DNA from: Octopus bimaculoides
Lineage: Eukaryota
DNA length: 55,646 nt
Reading direction: 5' to 3'
Assembly: GCF_001194135.2 (NCBI RefSeq)
Contig: NC_068992.1
Coordinates: forward strand, 41,623,554-41,679,199
This document shows positions 12,004-25,599 of this stretch, piece after piece; positions within the stretch are counted from its first letter, which is position 1, and each line of letters opens with the position of its first letter. The notes below the pieces were generated by a model that saw only the letters and a list, made by a program, of their open reading frames with translations, was not told where the DNA came from and made no database searches. The translations under genes were made by a program, and so were the position numbers.

Positions 12004-12280
12004 GGATCTAGTTTAAAACGGGGGCACCAGTTTTCATTAATGTTTCATGTTGTGTTTCTGGTACCGAAAGACTTTCAAACTTCGTATACTTATCTATTTT
12101 GTGTTATAGAACAGAAAACATTTTTGTATTCGAATTTATTTCATGTAAAAAATTGTCTTATTTCGATAATTTCTACTAATCACTGACGTCTATAACGGTG
12201 TAACGGTGTATATCGTATTAATGCCCTAACCCTAACTCTAGAATCTGAACTCTAAAATTGTTACACACATAGATACGCAC
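12004..12280 (-). mobile_element. Second, truncated copy of the 2920-3595 MITE
   Basis: Reverse complement of 3236-3595: TIR GGATCTAGTTTAAAACGGGGGCACCAGT at 12004; only two CCCTAA units (12224-12235). Confidence 0.9.
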
Positions 12281-12629
12281 ACTGAATATTTAGATCTTTC
12301 TCGTTTACTTTCTAAATATGATCCTTCCAAAAAATGGAGTTCTAATTAAACTACGTCTTTATTGATGACATCGAAAGAAGCTATGCCCAGCCTCAATCAT
12401 GTTAAGACATTAGATACTTGGAGTTTCGACTGCTTTCCCAGGTCGTCTGTTAGTCCCCAATATTGTGCAATGGATATGGTCCTGGAAATTGGTGCCTGCT
12501 TCGTCATTCATGACATACGTTAGTAATTTTTGTAGAACAAAGGCACGTATAATGGCTAAACCCATCGTAGTTACCACTTACCTTTAGTATAATATTAAGA
12601 CTGAGGTACATAAGGCGGCAAGACAAAAT

Positions 12630-12770
12630 ATTTAGCGTTCTGAGCTCAGCTTCTCTTGAAGTTGACTTTGCCTTCTGTCCTTTCGGAGTGGATGAAATGA
12701 TGCAAGCACAGCTTGGTGTAATCGACTCCACACCCTCAAAAACAATCACTACCTTTGTGCCAGAAGCTGT
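12630..12770 (+). mobile_element. Decayed Nin/Deu-like SINE
   Basis: CGTTCTGAGCTCAG...GTTGACTTTGCCTTCTGTCCTTTCGGAGTGGATGAAATG. Confidence 0.6.
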
Positions 12771-15014
12771 AATCATTATTGCAAAGGTACACGTGAATCA
12801 TCTCTTTGAAGACAAAGGCTCTTTAACTGTCTCTCGGTGTAGACGTTTACGTAAATTAAAAAAAAAAATTATATTAATAATACTTTTATACTTAGCTGAT
12901 TAATTTAGAATTTTTCTTCATACGAAGGATTCCGATATCTTCATTTTCTAATTAAATATGTAATGTATTTCCATTTTATATATTTTTAATCCGTTCTCAT
13001 TCGTTTCGAATGAAAACGGAAGCATTATAGTTTTATAAAACTGACTACTAATTATTAACTGAGTTAATTACAATCTCGATATGTACTTCAAAATAAAATA
13101 AATCTAATAAGGAATGATATAGAGTAAAAATCTAATGTAAGATTTTTCAAAAATATATCCATATCATTCTGTCCAAATGTTTCATATACGGATGTATTGA
13201 TATGTATTTGTGATCGGTCTATTTTTTTTCTCTCTCTACCTTCTCGTGAATATAATGAAGTAAATTTTGTTTAAGCGTCATAGCGTCCCTGAACATTTTA
13301 AGTTTTAGAGACAGGTAGATGATAAATATAGGATTAATATTCTTAGGGCAGAAATCCTATGCTTTAGCTTGAAACAGTGGACTCCACAAAAGTAAAGTTG
13401 CTGTGTGTGTGGACGATGTTCAGCAGTATGTTTTTCAGTACAACAATCAATAGTTGTAACGCTTTTACCAAACGAGAATCTGAGCGAGCTGCTTTTCGAA
13501 AATTCAGCAAGTTTGAATCGATCTCGGTATCTAATCATTATGAAGAAAACTCACTTTGCAACTATTGATGCATTATGAAAATATATCGGCAAGCTGAAAC
13601 AACTACATTAATTGCATATATAACCTCAAAAAGAATGTATTCGCTCTATTCATTTTTTTTCATACAATTTTAGAACGACTAAAATAATACCACAACAAAC
13701 CACATTCTCGAAGTATTAACTCACCAAAAATCGCAAATATTTCAAATCAATACTTTTAAAAACACTGGAAGGAAAATATTGCTGATACCGGATGGTTGAT
13801 CATATTAGAATGATTGAAACAGATAAAGCAGTTGATGATAAACTTTTAAAACCATGTTTATGTATAACCTGTCATTGATAGTCATCCTTATAATATTGCT
13901 TTGAATTTAAAATCTATTTCTTTTAATTGTGCAGCAGCATCTTCTTGGTTGTATTTTTGGATTTGCAGCATCGTTATATCAGGCAACAAATTGCTGTCAG
14001 GAAATTTTTTTTTCTGGATCTTTAAGTTGTGATTTCGTCTCAGCATTTAATCCTTTCACATTTGACAAACTTAAGTACCAGTCAAATATTTGGGTCAATG
14101 GTATCAACCAACAACCAACCAAATATTGTCTGGCCTTGTTCTTTGAGTAGAATTCAATATTAGTATTAGTCTTAGATTAAGTTTTTAATCTAATTATTCG
14201 AGTCTCATACAGTTTTATTTAAAAACTATTTTGTTTAAAAGCAATCTATACTATTCGTATGATTAACAAGACTGTCCAATTGCCTTAGCGCAAAAAGGAT
14301 TTGTACCGAGATATTTTAAAGGTATGTATATATAAATGTATATAATCCCAAACTCGACCTATTTGCTTTGCTTAATTGTTCATTAAAGCCACTCATGGGA
14401 TGTCTCATGTTAGACACAATAAAAGATGTAGTGAATGCTACCCTTCGTCGCGTGTTTGCGTCTGAAAACAAAAATCGAATCGAGTAAAAACGTGATAGAT
14501 CAACAAAAACTGATGGCATAGCAGTTATGATTTGTGAAGCGCGTAGACCGAAAACGCAATTACCATATTAATAAAACCAACATTATCAGCAGCAACAGTT
14601 CATCTTTTGATAGTATTGCAAGCTGAAAATAGACATCGGTTAAATCTGTCAAAGAAATACATCGATGATATATATATATATATATATATCGCAAACGAGA
14701 AGAATGAGAGCATTTTATCGAGATGTTTATTCAGGAGAAAGCTGTAATGTTTTTATCAACAAATTTCGTACTGGGTATCTGTCTACTATAGGAGAATTAG
14801 AGGAAGCTTCAATGTGACAGTATGTTTTTACCAAGGATCGGTTGAGAGTAAATACAAGCGTGGGCCTCATATGGAAAACCTAGTATCGAGCAGAGCTATT
14901 GTATAACACAAATGCTCAAGGTCTCTTCTCGAAAACTCTAGTGATTAAAAAAAAATGATCGGCTGCACTGTCACTACAGCGATTGAGCTGCACTTACAGT
15001 TACATCCAAGGTGG

Positions 15015-15066
<52 letters not shown>

Positions 15067-17278
15067 ATATATATGTTCTATTTATCCATACATGTTACTT
15101 ACCGTGAGACCACCGAAAACAAGGTCTGTAGCTAATTTTGATTAGCATCTGTAACCTGTCGTTGATACTGCTAATGTAGCTGGAAACGATGGTGAATCTA
15201 CATACATCGTATTCCAACAGAAAAATATCCGAAGTCGAACAATTAATGGTCTCGCATTTAAGTATTTATGAAATTCGCTGAACATTGCAGACGAATGTGA
15301 TAAATGTTTAGAAGCGAATGTGATGTAGGTATTGACGAAAAATCAAAACTATTAGAATTTAAATGGTAAAACGATTCAAAGTTGAATGAAAATTTTGTAG
15401 GATACATTGTAGTTTATGATGTTACACTTCACTGAATACAACATTAGCGGCTATTAGAAACACGGTTCTAAATACGTTTTATGGTATATGTTCAAAAGAA
15501 GCATGCACGTAAAAGTTAGTCATGATCAACAATATTCTGAAAGCCGGAGAACACAAATTTCAGCATCGGTTTAACATACTATGAAAATAAACAATTAACA
15601 TATAGGAAAAAACGTTAACACATGAAAAAGAAACTGAAACAGCAAATGAAACGCCCTCACAAATTTAAAGAAACAAAGCAAGGAATGTGGGAAGTTCCTA
15701 AATAATTTATTCGAAGAGAAAATTCCGCTTGCGTGACCGACAAAATTCTTCTATATCTGTATTTGGAAAATTTGTAAGAATAAGTCCCTGCAGGAAGTTG
15801 ATTTCAAATCACGGTTAAGGGAAAGCTTTGTCGAATTGCACAACTGATTCTAATATATGTGAAAAACACCAGATCTCTTTTGTAAAGTGACATACGTAGC
15901 CAATGGATATTATACAATGCATAACGACAAATACAACAGAACCATACTAATTTTGAATCAGTTAACATAGCTACTAAAATTGTAAGCATGCCATTACATA
16001 TAAATGCATGTATATCAATATATAACTATACAAGATTTGAATAGGTAAACAGCTGCGACGTACGATTCAGACACGCTAGCTCGGTTAAATATAAGTGTGT
16101 GTCTGAGTGTGCGCGCGCGCATATATTCGTACCACACTGTGTGTGTATGTATATATATATATATATATATATAGTTGGAATTTATAAAACACGAACACGT
16201 GCGCAAACACATGCATTAGTTTAACGCTGGGAAGGTGAGAAAGTCTTTTACATTTCGAGCCTATACTCTTCAACAGAAAGGAACACGAGAAAAAAATATA
16301 TATTTGTACCCCAGTATCATTTAGATGGCATGAATTGATTTCTCAGTCAATAATAAAAGTACAAACGAAATGATATACAAGACACTCTATATGGCAAATA
16401 TCTAATAATATAAACAGCCAGAAACAAGGTGATATGCACACTCATGCGTGTATGTATTTATATACAGAAACATAGTGAGTTTGGAGGGATATATTTTCCG
16501 AGCAGATACCGTATTGGCTCTCAGTTATGTTCACGGTTATGGCTAACCGCATCAATTAATATCTAACGTCTATGGCTCCTGTTAGTTTTCGGTCACGCTG
16601 TAAATTCTTCCGATAAATAATTATATGTTCTCTTCTCTGGATGGTAATATAATAGCAATAATTATATTGACAGAGAATCGAGGTTCGCTTCGAAACTGGC
16701 GAAAAGGACAAACCTCGAAGATGTTGCACAGAAAATCACGTCCGGTTGCATGTGCAACTACCAATACTATATTTGCATTCACATGCATTTCACCCCTAAA
16801 TATTTATATTTGTATATAAATTCATTAGTTACTATAATTTATTAGTTTCTTTTGCATATTCTTAGTTTATGTACCTGTATGCAAATATAGTATTGGTATA
16901 TCCCATTTATGTTCATTAGAAATTAAATAAATAAAAAATTTTTGACATGTACGAATATTTATTTCCCCCCACTTTATATTCATCGTTCATTCTACTCGTA
17001 CAGTGTTTTTACTACCAAACAACTGACTTCACTCGAATGTTGTTTCAAAAATATTCTGTAGTGCGTGGAATAACAATGACAACACTTATATTGTTCGATG
17101 AGTATTGCATACTGATTTATATAAGGTTAGAAATGATGTAAGAACAAGGGGACTGAATAAGTCTGTGATGGAAGGTAGTCGTTCAGGAAGTACAGTATTG
17201 ATTGTTTCCCTTGTACTCTACGCTACCCATAACTGTGCAGTGGTGGAACACTAATAATTTTTATATAAATGCATAATA

Positions 17279-17816
17279 TGAGGTCTGATCAAAACGTATC
17301 GGGACTGTTTCTATGCTAATGGAGCTGAAGTATGTAAAATGAAGTCGCTTGTCACAAATTGATCTTGAACTATGTTGCGCACGCGCATTTTGCCATATTC
17401 TCGCTCACTTCCCTTGTTCATAGCAGTGCTTGGAAGTAAAGTGTGTTGGGTGTGGTCGTTTCAAAATATGATCAAACTTCCTTTGCGAAGAGTCACCTTA
17501 ATTGAGTCGAGGAAGACACAAACCTTTTGAAAACAGTATTAAGAAATGATGAATCATCTATCTGTAGCCATGAATCCCCCCAAACCAAGTCTTGAATCCT
17601 AGTTCGAAGGAACAAGCTTTAGAGTCGTCGAGGAAATCGAAGAGAATGTGATGAGGTAGCACAGTAAGGGAATCCCAGGAATGCTTCTGCCATTGGAAAC
17701 GACACTGGATAAATCGTGTGGCCGCAGAAGCGATCTACTTCCAAGTAGATTAAATGCCATATCATTCTGTTGTAGTTTGATGTGTACAAGTCCCGATATA
17801 TTTTCATCCCACCACG
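17279..17816 (+). mobile_element. Internally deleted mariner element
   Basis: TIR TGAGGTCTGATCAAAACGTATCGGGACTG after TA, and degenerate CAAGTCCCGATATATTTTCATCCCACCACG. Internal frames give FRVVEEIEENVMR and QECFCHWKRHWINRVAAEAIYFQVD*, matching the mariner transposase C-terminus (W..RW..CV...G.YFE). Confidence 0.8.
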
Positions 17817-18371
17817 AAAATACTTATAGAATTATGCGATTCATTTTTCACATGTGACCTAAGTATTTCTACTTAAAAATATACATACGCATACATATAT
17901 ACATAGATACATACACACATACATATGTGTGTGAGGGCGCATGCTCTCGTATTTTAAGATATTGCACACACAATCGGGAGAGGAGCAGGTAAAGCAAACT
18001 ACACTTCATTTATTAATACAGAGCATGGATTAAAGAAGTAAATTAAACGAAAGAAGTTACATAGCACATTTCGTTCTTTCTTCATTTATCGCATTGCCTG
18101 TAAATCTTCGCTTTTTCACCCTATTCGTGTTTATCTGTTCAATTAGTTTCTTACCAGAGTGAAGTGGGGTCGTTTCGACAGCTAACTGTTCACACCGCAA
18201 GCACGAGCCCAATATGTGTGTGTTTGTTTATCTATGTGTATGTAGAAACATTCAGGGTTATTTTCGCATGATTTGTGCTGTATTCTTACAATTATATATA
18301 CCTGCGTATATCAGGGCTTTGGTTTCTCGGTGTGGATCATACATCTGCACATATCTGTGCGTAGCACTAAT

Positions 18372-18419
<48 letters not shown>

Positions 18420-18727
18420 ACACAGCGTCGCAGAATTTTGTGACATTACGGCAAATTTATCAAATCCTTTATTCTGTTCCTCCTCTGTATAATGATGATA
18501 ATAATAATAATTCTATTTATTCTTCTTCTTATTAACCTTATTACATAAGCTAGTTTGCAGAACCGTTACCACACCAAACAAAATGCTTATCAGTTTTTCA
18601 TTATTATAGGGTCAATGTGATATATTCCATCAACCGTCACCATCTCCCAACATTTCAAGCCTTCTACCTATAATAGAAAGCATTGAGCCTTATGATTATT
18701 ATCATTATTAATATTATCATTATTATT

Positions 18728-18976
18728 GGTTTCAAATTTTGCCACAAGGGCAGCCTTTTGGGGGGAGAGGCATAATCGATTACGTGCCCCCCCTCTCCCG
18801 TGCTTCATTGATATTTTATCGGCCCTGCAGGGATGAAAGGCAAAGTCGACCTCAGTTCAAATTCCGCCGATGTTGCCTCTGCTTTTCATCCTTTCGGGGT
18901 CGATAAATTAAGTAGCAGCTGTAATCGACTTATCCCCTCCCACAAAATGTCCGGCCCTGTGCCCATAGTGCAAAGG
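18728..18976. mobile_element. Two Nin/Deu-like SINE bodies fused head-to-head
   Basis: Minus copy 18728-18853 (GGATGAAAGGCAAAGTCGACCTC) abuts plus copy 18854-18976 (AGTTCAAATTCCGCCG...TTTCATCCTTTCGGGGTCGATAAATTAAGTA); ATT-type tails on both outer ends. Confidence 0.75.
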
Positions 18977-19079
18977 ATTATTATTATTATTATTGATATT
19001 ATTTTATATAGCAGAAATAAGTAAAAACTGAATAAATTTAATATTAAGTGATAGCATTTATGTATAGGTGACAAAAGAT

Positions 19080-19133
<54 letters not shown>

Positions 19134-19647
19134 NNNNNNNNNNNNNNNNNNNNNNNNNNNNNNNNNNNNNNNNNNNNNNNNNNNNNNNNNNNNNNNNNNN
19201 NNNNNNNNNNNNNNNNNNNNNNNNNNNNNNNNNNNNNNNNNNNNNNNNNNNNNNNNNNNNNNNNNNNNNNNNNNNNNNNNNNNNNNNNNNNNNNNNNNNN
19301 NNNNNNNNNNNNNNNNNNNNNNNNNNNNNNNNNNNNNNNNNNNNNNNNNNNNNNNNNNNNNNNNNNNNNNNNNNNNNNNNNNNNNNNNNNNNNNNNNNNN
19401 NNNNNNNNNNNNNNNNNNNNNNNNNNNNNNNNNNNNNNNNNNNNNNNNNNNNNNNNNNNNNNNNNNNNNNNNNNNNNNNNNNNNNNNNNNNNNNNNNNNN
19501 NNNNNNNNNNNNNNNNNNNNNNNNNNNNNNNNNNNNNNNNNNNNNNNNNNNNNNNNNNNNNNNNNNNNNNNNNNNNNNNNNNNNNNNNNNNNNNNNNNNN
19601 NNNNNNNNNNNNNNNNNNNNNNNNNNNNNNNNNNNNNNNNNNNNNNN

Positions 19648-19689
<42 letters not shown>

Positions 19690-20729
19690 CGAACTACAAT
19701 CTTCTGCAAGCTATAACACCAGTAAGCTTCATGCTTTGCTTGGAAGTGTAGTACATGAACAGCTTCAAAGTGGCAACATGGATTTCTTCCATCTGCTTGC
19801 TGTGTTAAAGTATTTGAGTAAAATTATATTAATGTGTCCGACTGATTAAAATTCTATTTATTTATGCAGCTGATGGTAGCCCTGCATTTAAATTGATGTA
19901 ATGAGTGCATTGTTCAATTAAATGGAGCCGCTTGAAACGGTCGCACTGCATCACTTCTTGATATCCTGGTGCTTNNNNNNNNNNNNNNNNNNNNNNNNNN
20001 NNNNNNNNNNNNNNNNNNNNNNNNNNNNNNNNNNNNNNNNNNNNNNNNNNNNNNNNNNNNNNNNNNNNNNNNNNNNNNNNNNNNNNNNNNNNNNNNNNNN
20101 NNNNNNNNNNNNNNNNNNNNNNNNNNNNNNNNNNNNNNNNNNNNNNNNNNNNNNNNNNNNNNNNNNNNNNNNNNNNNNNNNNNNNNNNNNNNNNNNNNNN
20201 NNNNNNNNNNNNNNNNNNNNNNNNNNNNNNNNNNNNNNNNNNNNNNNNNNNNNNNNNNNNNNNNNNNNNNNNNNNNNNNNNNNNNNNNNNNNNNNNNNNN
20301 NNNNNNNNNNNNNNNNNNNNNNNNNNNNNNNNNNNNNNNNNNNNNNNNNNNNNNNNNNNNNNNNNNNNNNNNNNNNNNNNNNNNNNNNNNNNNNNNNNNN
20401 NNNNNNNNNNNNNNNNNNNNNNNNNNNNNNNNNNNNNNNNNNNNNNNNNNNNNNNNNNNNNNNNNNNNNNNNNNNNNNNNNNNNNNNNNNNNNNNNNNNN
20501 NNNNNNNNNNNNNNNNNNNNNNNNNNNNNNNNNNNNNNNNNNNNNNNNNNNNNNNNNNNNNNNNNNNNNNNNNNNNNNNNNNNNNNNNNNNNNNNNNNNN
20601 NNNNNNNNNNNNNNNNNNNNNNNNNNNNNNNNNNNNNNNNNNNNNNNNNNNNNNNNNNNNNNNNNNNNNNNNNNNNNNNNNNNNNNNNNNNNNNNNNNNN
20701 NNNNNNNNNNNNNNNNNNNNNNNNNNNNN

Positions 20730-20796
<67 letters not shown>

Positions 20797-21034
20797 TTTA
20801 TAAAATTGTTATCTAATTTTTACAGAAACGAAATCTATAATCACAGGTATGTTTGACTGGGATTTGACATATTACTGTAGTATTCAAAGACATATGAAAT
20901 TGTAACTGTTTCTGTTTTTCTCATTGTCCTCGTCAAGCATCGTTATGAATGTAATGTATAATAGTGTGGGACCATGCACTCCATTCATTATCGTTTCCTC
21001 TTCATTCAGGCATTACTGATATTAATATCAGTAA

Positions 21035-21440
21035 TGGAAGCTGGTGGGAAGGTGGTAGCATCGTAACCGCGTCTCACAAAACACTTAGTGGCATTGTTTT
21101 TAATTAGCACATTCAGAGTTCAAATTCCGACCAGGTGTCTTCACATTTCTTCTTTTCTCGGTTGATGTTATCGACTGGCACTTTCTTTTAAAAACTGTTT
21201 GAAGCCATTGTTTTAATTATAATAAGGCAACAAGCTGGTAGAAACGTTACCGTAGAGGGCAAAATGCTTAGCGGCATTTCTTTCGTTTAACGTTGCGTTC
21301 AAATTCGGCTGAGATCGACTTTGCCTTTCATCGATTCGGTGTCGATAAATTTAATACTACATGAGGAACTGGGGTCCAGGAAATAGAGTAACCCCTCACA
21401 TGAAATTGCTAGCCTTGTAGCAAAACTTGAAATCAGTATT
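21035..21440 (+). mobile_element. Two tandem Nin/Deu-like SINE copies
   Basis: B boxes GAGTTCAAATTCC (~21116) and CGTTCAAATTCG (~21296); the second is followed by GATCGACTTTGCCTTTCATCG...GTCGATAAA. Confidence 0.65.
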
Positions 21441-21740
21441 ATAATTATAGTTGCTATTGTTATTGTTATTTTTTTCTAATATAGATCAAATGTTGAGGTA
21501 GAATGTATGGAATTTCCTTTAGAGCTTCCACCAAAAGTTTTCCTCTTCAGGACAGGACAAATTATCAGAAGGGTTTTGTGGTCTTGAAATATTAATGAAA
21601 TCTTGAAGATATCTAAGGTTACAAGTAGTACCCGCCAGCCATATAAATTCTGCTAGGAATAAAAAGAAACCCCAGTCACATCGAAAAGTAACAACAACTA
21701 CAACAACCGCAACGATAATAAAAATAATAACAATAGTGAT

Positions 21741-22400
21741 GGACCTTTTGAGCGGGATGGTCTACTCGACCTGAAGAAAATTCTAACTGGGTCCCACCTT
21801 CGAGATAATGCGCAGTTTATCTTGATATGAGATCACCATGTGGCGCACACATGGTTGTGATGCATGTGCCTGGTTTACCCTTATCAGACGGGTAGTCATG
21901 ATGGGTATAATGGGCTTGGTATATTTTACCCCAGTGTCACTTTGATGGCATGCACTGCTCACTCACTCAATAATAATAATAATAATAATAATAATGATAA
22001 AAATAATAATAATATTATCAGACGGGTAGTCATGATGGGTATATTTAAACCCCAGTGTCACTTTGATGGTATGCAAAAAAAATATTATAATAATAATAAT
22101 AACAATAATAATAATGATGATAATAATAATAATGATAAAATGCCCTGTAGCAGTACAGGCCAGCCGCTGTTATGACTTCTTATTCAGAGGCCTTTTAAGT
22201 GGAATGGAGGAAATCCACATGGAGAAAATTCTTACTGGGATCTACCTTGAAGTTTATGGGCAAGATATCTTGATGGGTGATCACTATAACGAGTACATAT
22301 GCTTGTGGTGCATGTGCCTGGTATGCTCTTAGGAAGAATATATTAAGTTTTGTATATTTGTACCCCACCGTCACGCTGATGACACGCTTGCCCTCTCACC
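21741..22400 (+). mobile_element. Three stacked 3'-end fragments of a (TAA)n-tailed retroelement family
   Basis: 21741-21970, 22017-22072 and ~22215-22400 each match the 3' half of 37591-38065 and 39061-39617 (TCAGACGGGTAGTCATGATGGGTAT...CCCCAGTGTCACTTTGATGG), and each ends in a TAA run. Confidence 0.7.
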
Positions 22401-22450
<50 letters not shown>

Positions 22451-22490
22451 TCATTATTATAATATTTATTATTATTATTATTATTATTAT

Positions 22491-23274
22491 TCAGTAGTTT
22501 TATTTTTATAACGTGCTTTCACTTCACTACCGAGCGCAGCTCTGTGCGCCTTGGGTATGTGCTGTGGTTTGCTGTGGTGCTCTTATGTTTACTGTATTGA
22601 AAGTGTTTTACATAGGATGTGTGCAGTGTCCAGTAGTGCAATTTTCTGTATGTTATATATATTTGTAAGTCCTGGTGTTTTTGTTATGTATTTGTCTGAA
22701 TATTTTTTTATTATACCTACGGCACCNNNNNNNNNNNNNNNNNNNNNNNNNNNNNNNNNNNNNNNNNNNNNNNNNNNNNNNNNNNNNNNNNNNNNNNNNN
22801 NNNNNNNNNNNNNNNNNNNNNNNNNNNNNNNNNNNNNNNNNNNNNNNNNNNNNNNNNNNNNNNNNNNNNNNNNNNNNNNNNNNNNNNNNNNNNNNNNNNN
22901 NNNNNNNNNNNNNNNNNNNNNNNNNNNNNNNNNNNNNNNNNNNNNNNNNNNNNNNNNNNNNNNNNNNNNNNNNNNNNNNNNNNNNNNNNNNNNNNNNNNN
23001 NNNNNNNNNNNNNNTTTCTCTATCTGTGTGTATTGGCATATCCCAGAGTATGGTTGCTTTCTCGTTTTCTGTGACCTTTTCTGGCGTGTGTTTATACCAT
23101 CTTTTTGTGTTGTTTTTCCATAGTGTTGGCATAGCTTCCAGTGTATATAGGTCCCAGCTCTGTCGTGTCTGTGAATATATTCCTTCTTAGCCAGGACTGG
23201 GCAACCAGAGATAATATGATTCATTGTTTCTTGTCCATCTCTACATATTCTACAGTTACTTGTTATGTTTCTTT

Positions 23275-23277
<3 letters not shown>
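22491..23277 (-). mobile_element. Dong/R4-clade LINE 3' end (CCHC finger plus restriction-like endonuclease region), partly in an N-gap
   Basis: CRICRDGQETMNHIISGCPVLAKKEYIHRHD...IHWKLC, WYKHTPEKVTENEKATILWDMPIHTDR, [gap], GAVGIIKK...IQKIALLDTAHILCKTL*; (TAA)n on both sides on this strand. Confidence 0.9.
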
Positions 23278-23349
<72 letters not shown>

Positions 23350-23654
23350 GTAATGGTATTTTTTTCAAAATACCCACGAGGACAGCAATATGAGGAGGGT
23401 GGGTATTAGACAAAGAAGTCTACCCTAGTACAAGCCCGGTAATATCTTCTCGATTCAATGAGGATAAAAACCTGAGAGACATGAATGGAAGTTAGGAAGA
23501 GACGAATGCTAAAGAGTGCGCGAAATGAGAACTGTTACTCATTGATGTCAAAGATACTCCTTGTATCAAAGCACAGAATAATATATATTTGAGAACTGGG
23601 ACAATCGTTTTAGTTACCTTTCGATTGATGGACGAACAGAACGTGCTACTGTAG

Positions 23655-23692
<38 letters not shown>

Positions 23693-24079
23693 NNNNNNNN
23701 NNNNNNNNNNNNNNNNNNNNNNNNNNNNNNNNNNNNNNNNNNNNNNNNNNNNNNNNNNNNNNNNNNNNNNNNNNNNNNNNNNNNNNNNNNNNNNNNNNNN
23801 NNNNNNNNNNNNNNNNNNNNNNNNNNNNNNNNNNNNNNNNNNNNNNNNNNNNNNNNNNNNNNNNNNNNNNNNNNNNNNNNNNNNNNNNNNNNNNNNNNNN
23901 NNNNNNNNNNNNNNNNNNNNNNNNNNNNNNNNNNNNNNNNNNNNNNNNGTACGTATGTATATATCTGACGCAAACTAACATAGAAAATTGTAAAGTAAAA
24001 TATGATCAAAGGGAGAATTTGATGCAGTTTCAACGCACTCTCACTTTAATTATCAAGAAATGGTTGTTGGTGTTGTTGC

Positions 24080-24122
<43 letters not shown>

Positions 24123-25599
24123 TGGGTTTTTTTTTTTCAAACTATAACACATCTTCCACATTGCATCCGCAAGGAGCTAAAATAAAGCAGACTTCAAAGA
24201 AATCTTTTTGAAGCAAAACATTATTAGATTGCTTGGTTTTTCAGAGGTGATTTCAATCAGGTTTATGTCTAATGATGCATAGTATAGCTAATGTAAACGC
24301 TGTAGTGGTGATGAATACAAATTTCTTTTTCGCTTTCTTCTATTGGGGGAGTCACATTTATTCTGTGCTCTGCCGTTTTGAATTGAGGTAGTGATGTTGA
24401 TATAGCATAAGGATCTAATTTATATCATGCAAATTCCCTACTTTCGAATTACAAATTAGAGCACACACATGGGCACATATTTTACGAACTCTAACACATT
24501 TAAACAACATATATAGCATGAACCATATTTCACATAAAAACATATTACTAGATATAAGAATGCATATGTCATAAACATTAACATACATAATATGAAACAT
24601 ATCACAATCTATGGCTCCTATATGATAAACTATAGTACAGAACAACACACGTTTCACAAACTTTAACAAATATAAGTACGACATTTAGCATGGGCTATAT
24701 TACACATAAGAGCACACATTATCAGGCCTAACAGTGCAGATATCATAAACATTAGGACGCCTAGTATGACATGTATCTCTATATCACATACGAGTCAAAT
24801 TAGAGCATACATATTTTACAAACACTAATACATTTAAGCAGTAAATATATCACATATTACTAGATATAACATAGAATATAGCATGAAAATTAACACATCT
24901 AATACCGCGTATCTCAAAATTTATTTCAAATTCTAACATATATAAGCCGCACATATCTTATGATTTTTATTATACATAACAGGAGATATTAGCAGACATA
25001 GAACATTTTTAGAAATATAAAATTTAAACCACAGTGCCCTCAGCATGGCCGCAGTCCTCAGACTGAAACTTAACGAAAGAAAAACAAAAAAAAAAAAAGG
25101 AAACCCAAAAAGTAGACTGAATACCAGGTATCGCTCAGTCACATGTAATAAATATAATAGCAGAGAATAACACACGTTTCTCAAGGTCTAAAACGTACAT
25201 CATGAACTATAATACACATAACAGAGGATAGCTGACATAAGAGAGCACATCATAAAGTTTGGAGTCATTGCTAGCACATCAATCGTAAAACTATATCACA
25301 TACATTTCTTACCATAGAGATTATAAACTACCCACATTCAACATTCACAATTGAGTATAATTCAACATTTAGTTGGTTTTCGCTAATTGCTGTAGATGTC
25401 TATGGACTCACAATTAGGCATAGACACACTACTGGCTCTCCCATCCCGACAGAAATTACGATAGTTGGCCTAGCACCCTAACTAAAATACCTATACAACG
25501 ACTGCTAATGCACAATAGCAGGTAATATACATTACAACTTGTGTCCACATATCACAAACTACATTCACATTGTAGAAAGTGAACGACAGAAACTGCCGT

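Noticed and set aside
12340-15260. Short protein-like frames at 12350-12520, 13377-13568, 14390-14520 and 15100-15260 as host exons
   Set aside because: No recognisable domain, stops in most frames, and no consistent strand or splice phase.
16678-16718. Hairpin TCGAGGTT...AACCTCGA
   Set aside because: An 8-bp stem is within chance for a window this size, and no terminal motif follows.
20826-20846. 21-nt plus-strand microexon candidate (TTTTACAG|...|GTATGT); similar minus-strand candidates at 48650-48670 and ~47120-47140
   Set aside because: Such AG/GT pairs recur on both strands at a rate suggesting chance; there is no coherent gene model, and one lies in SINE-like sequence.
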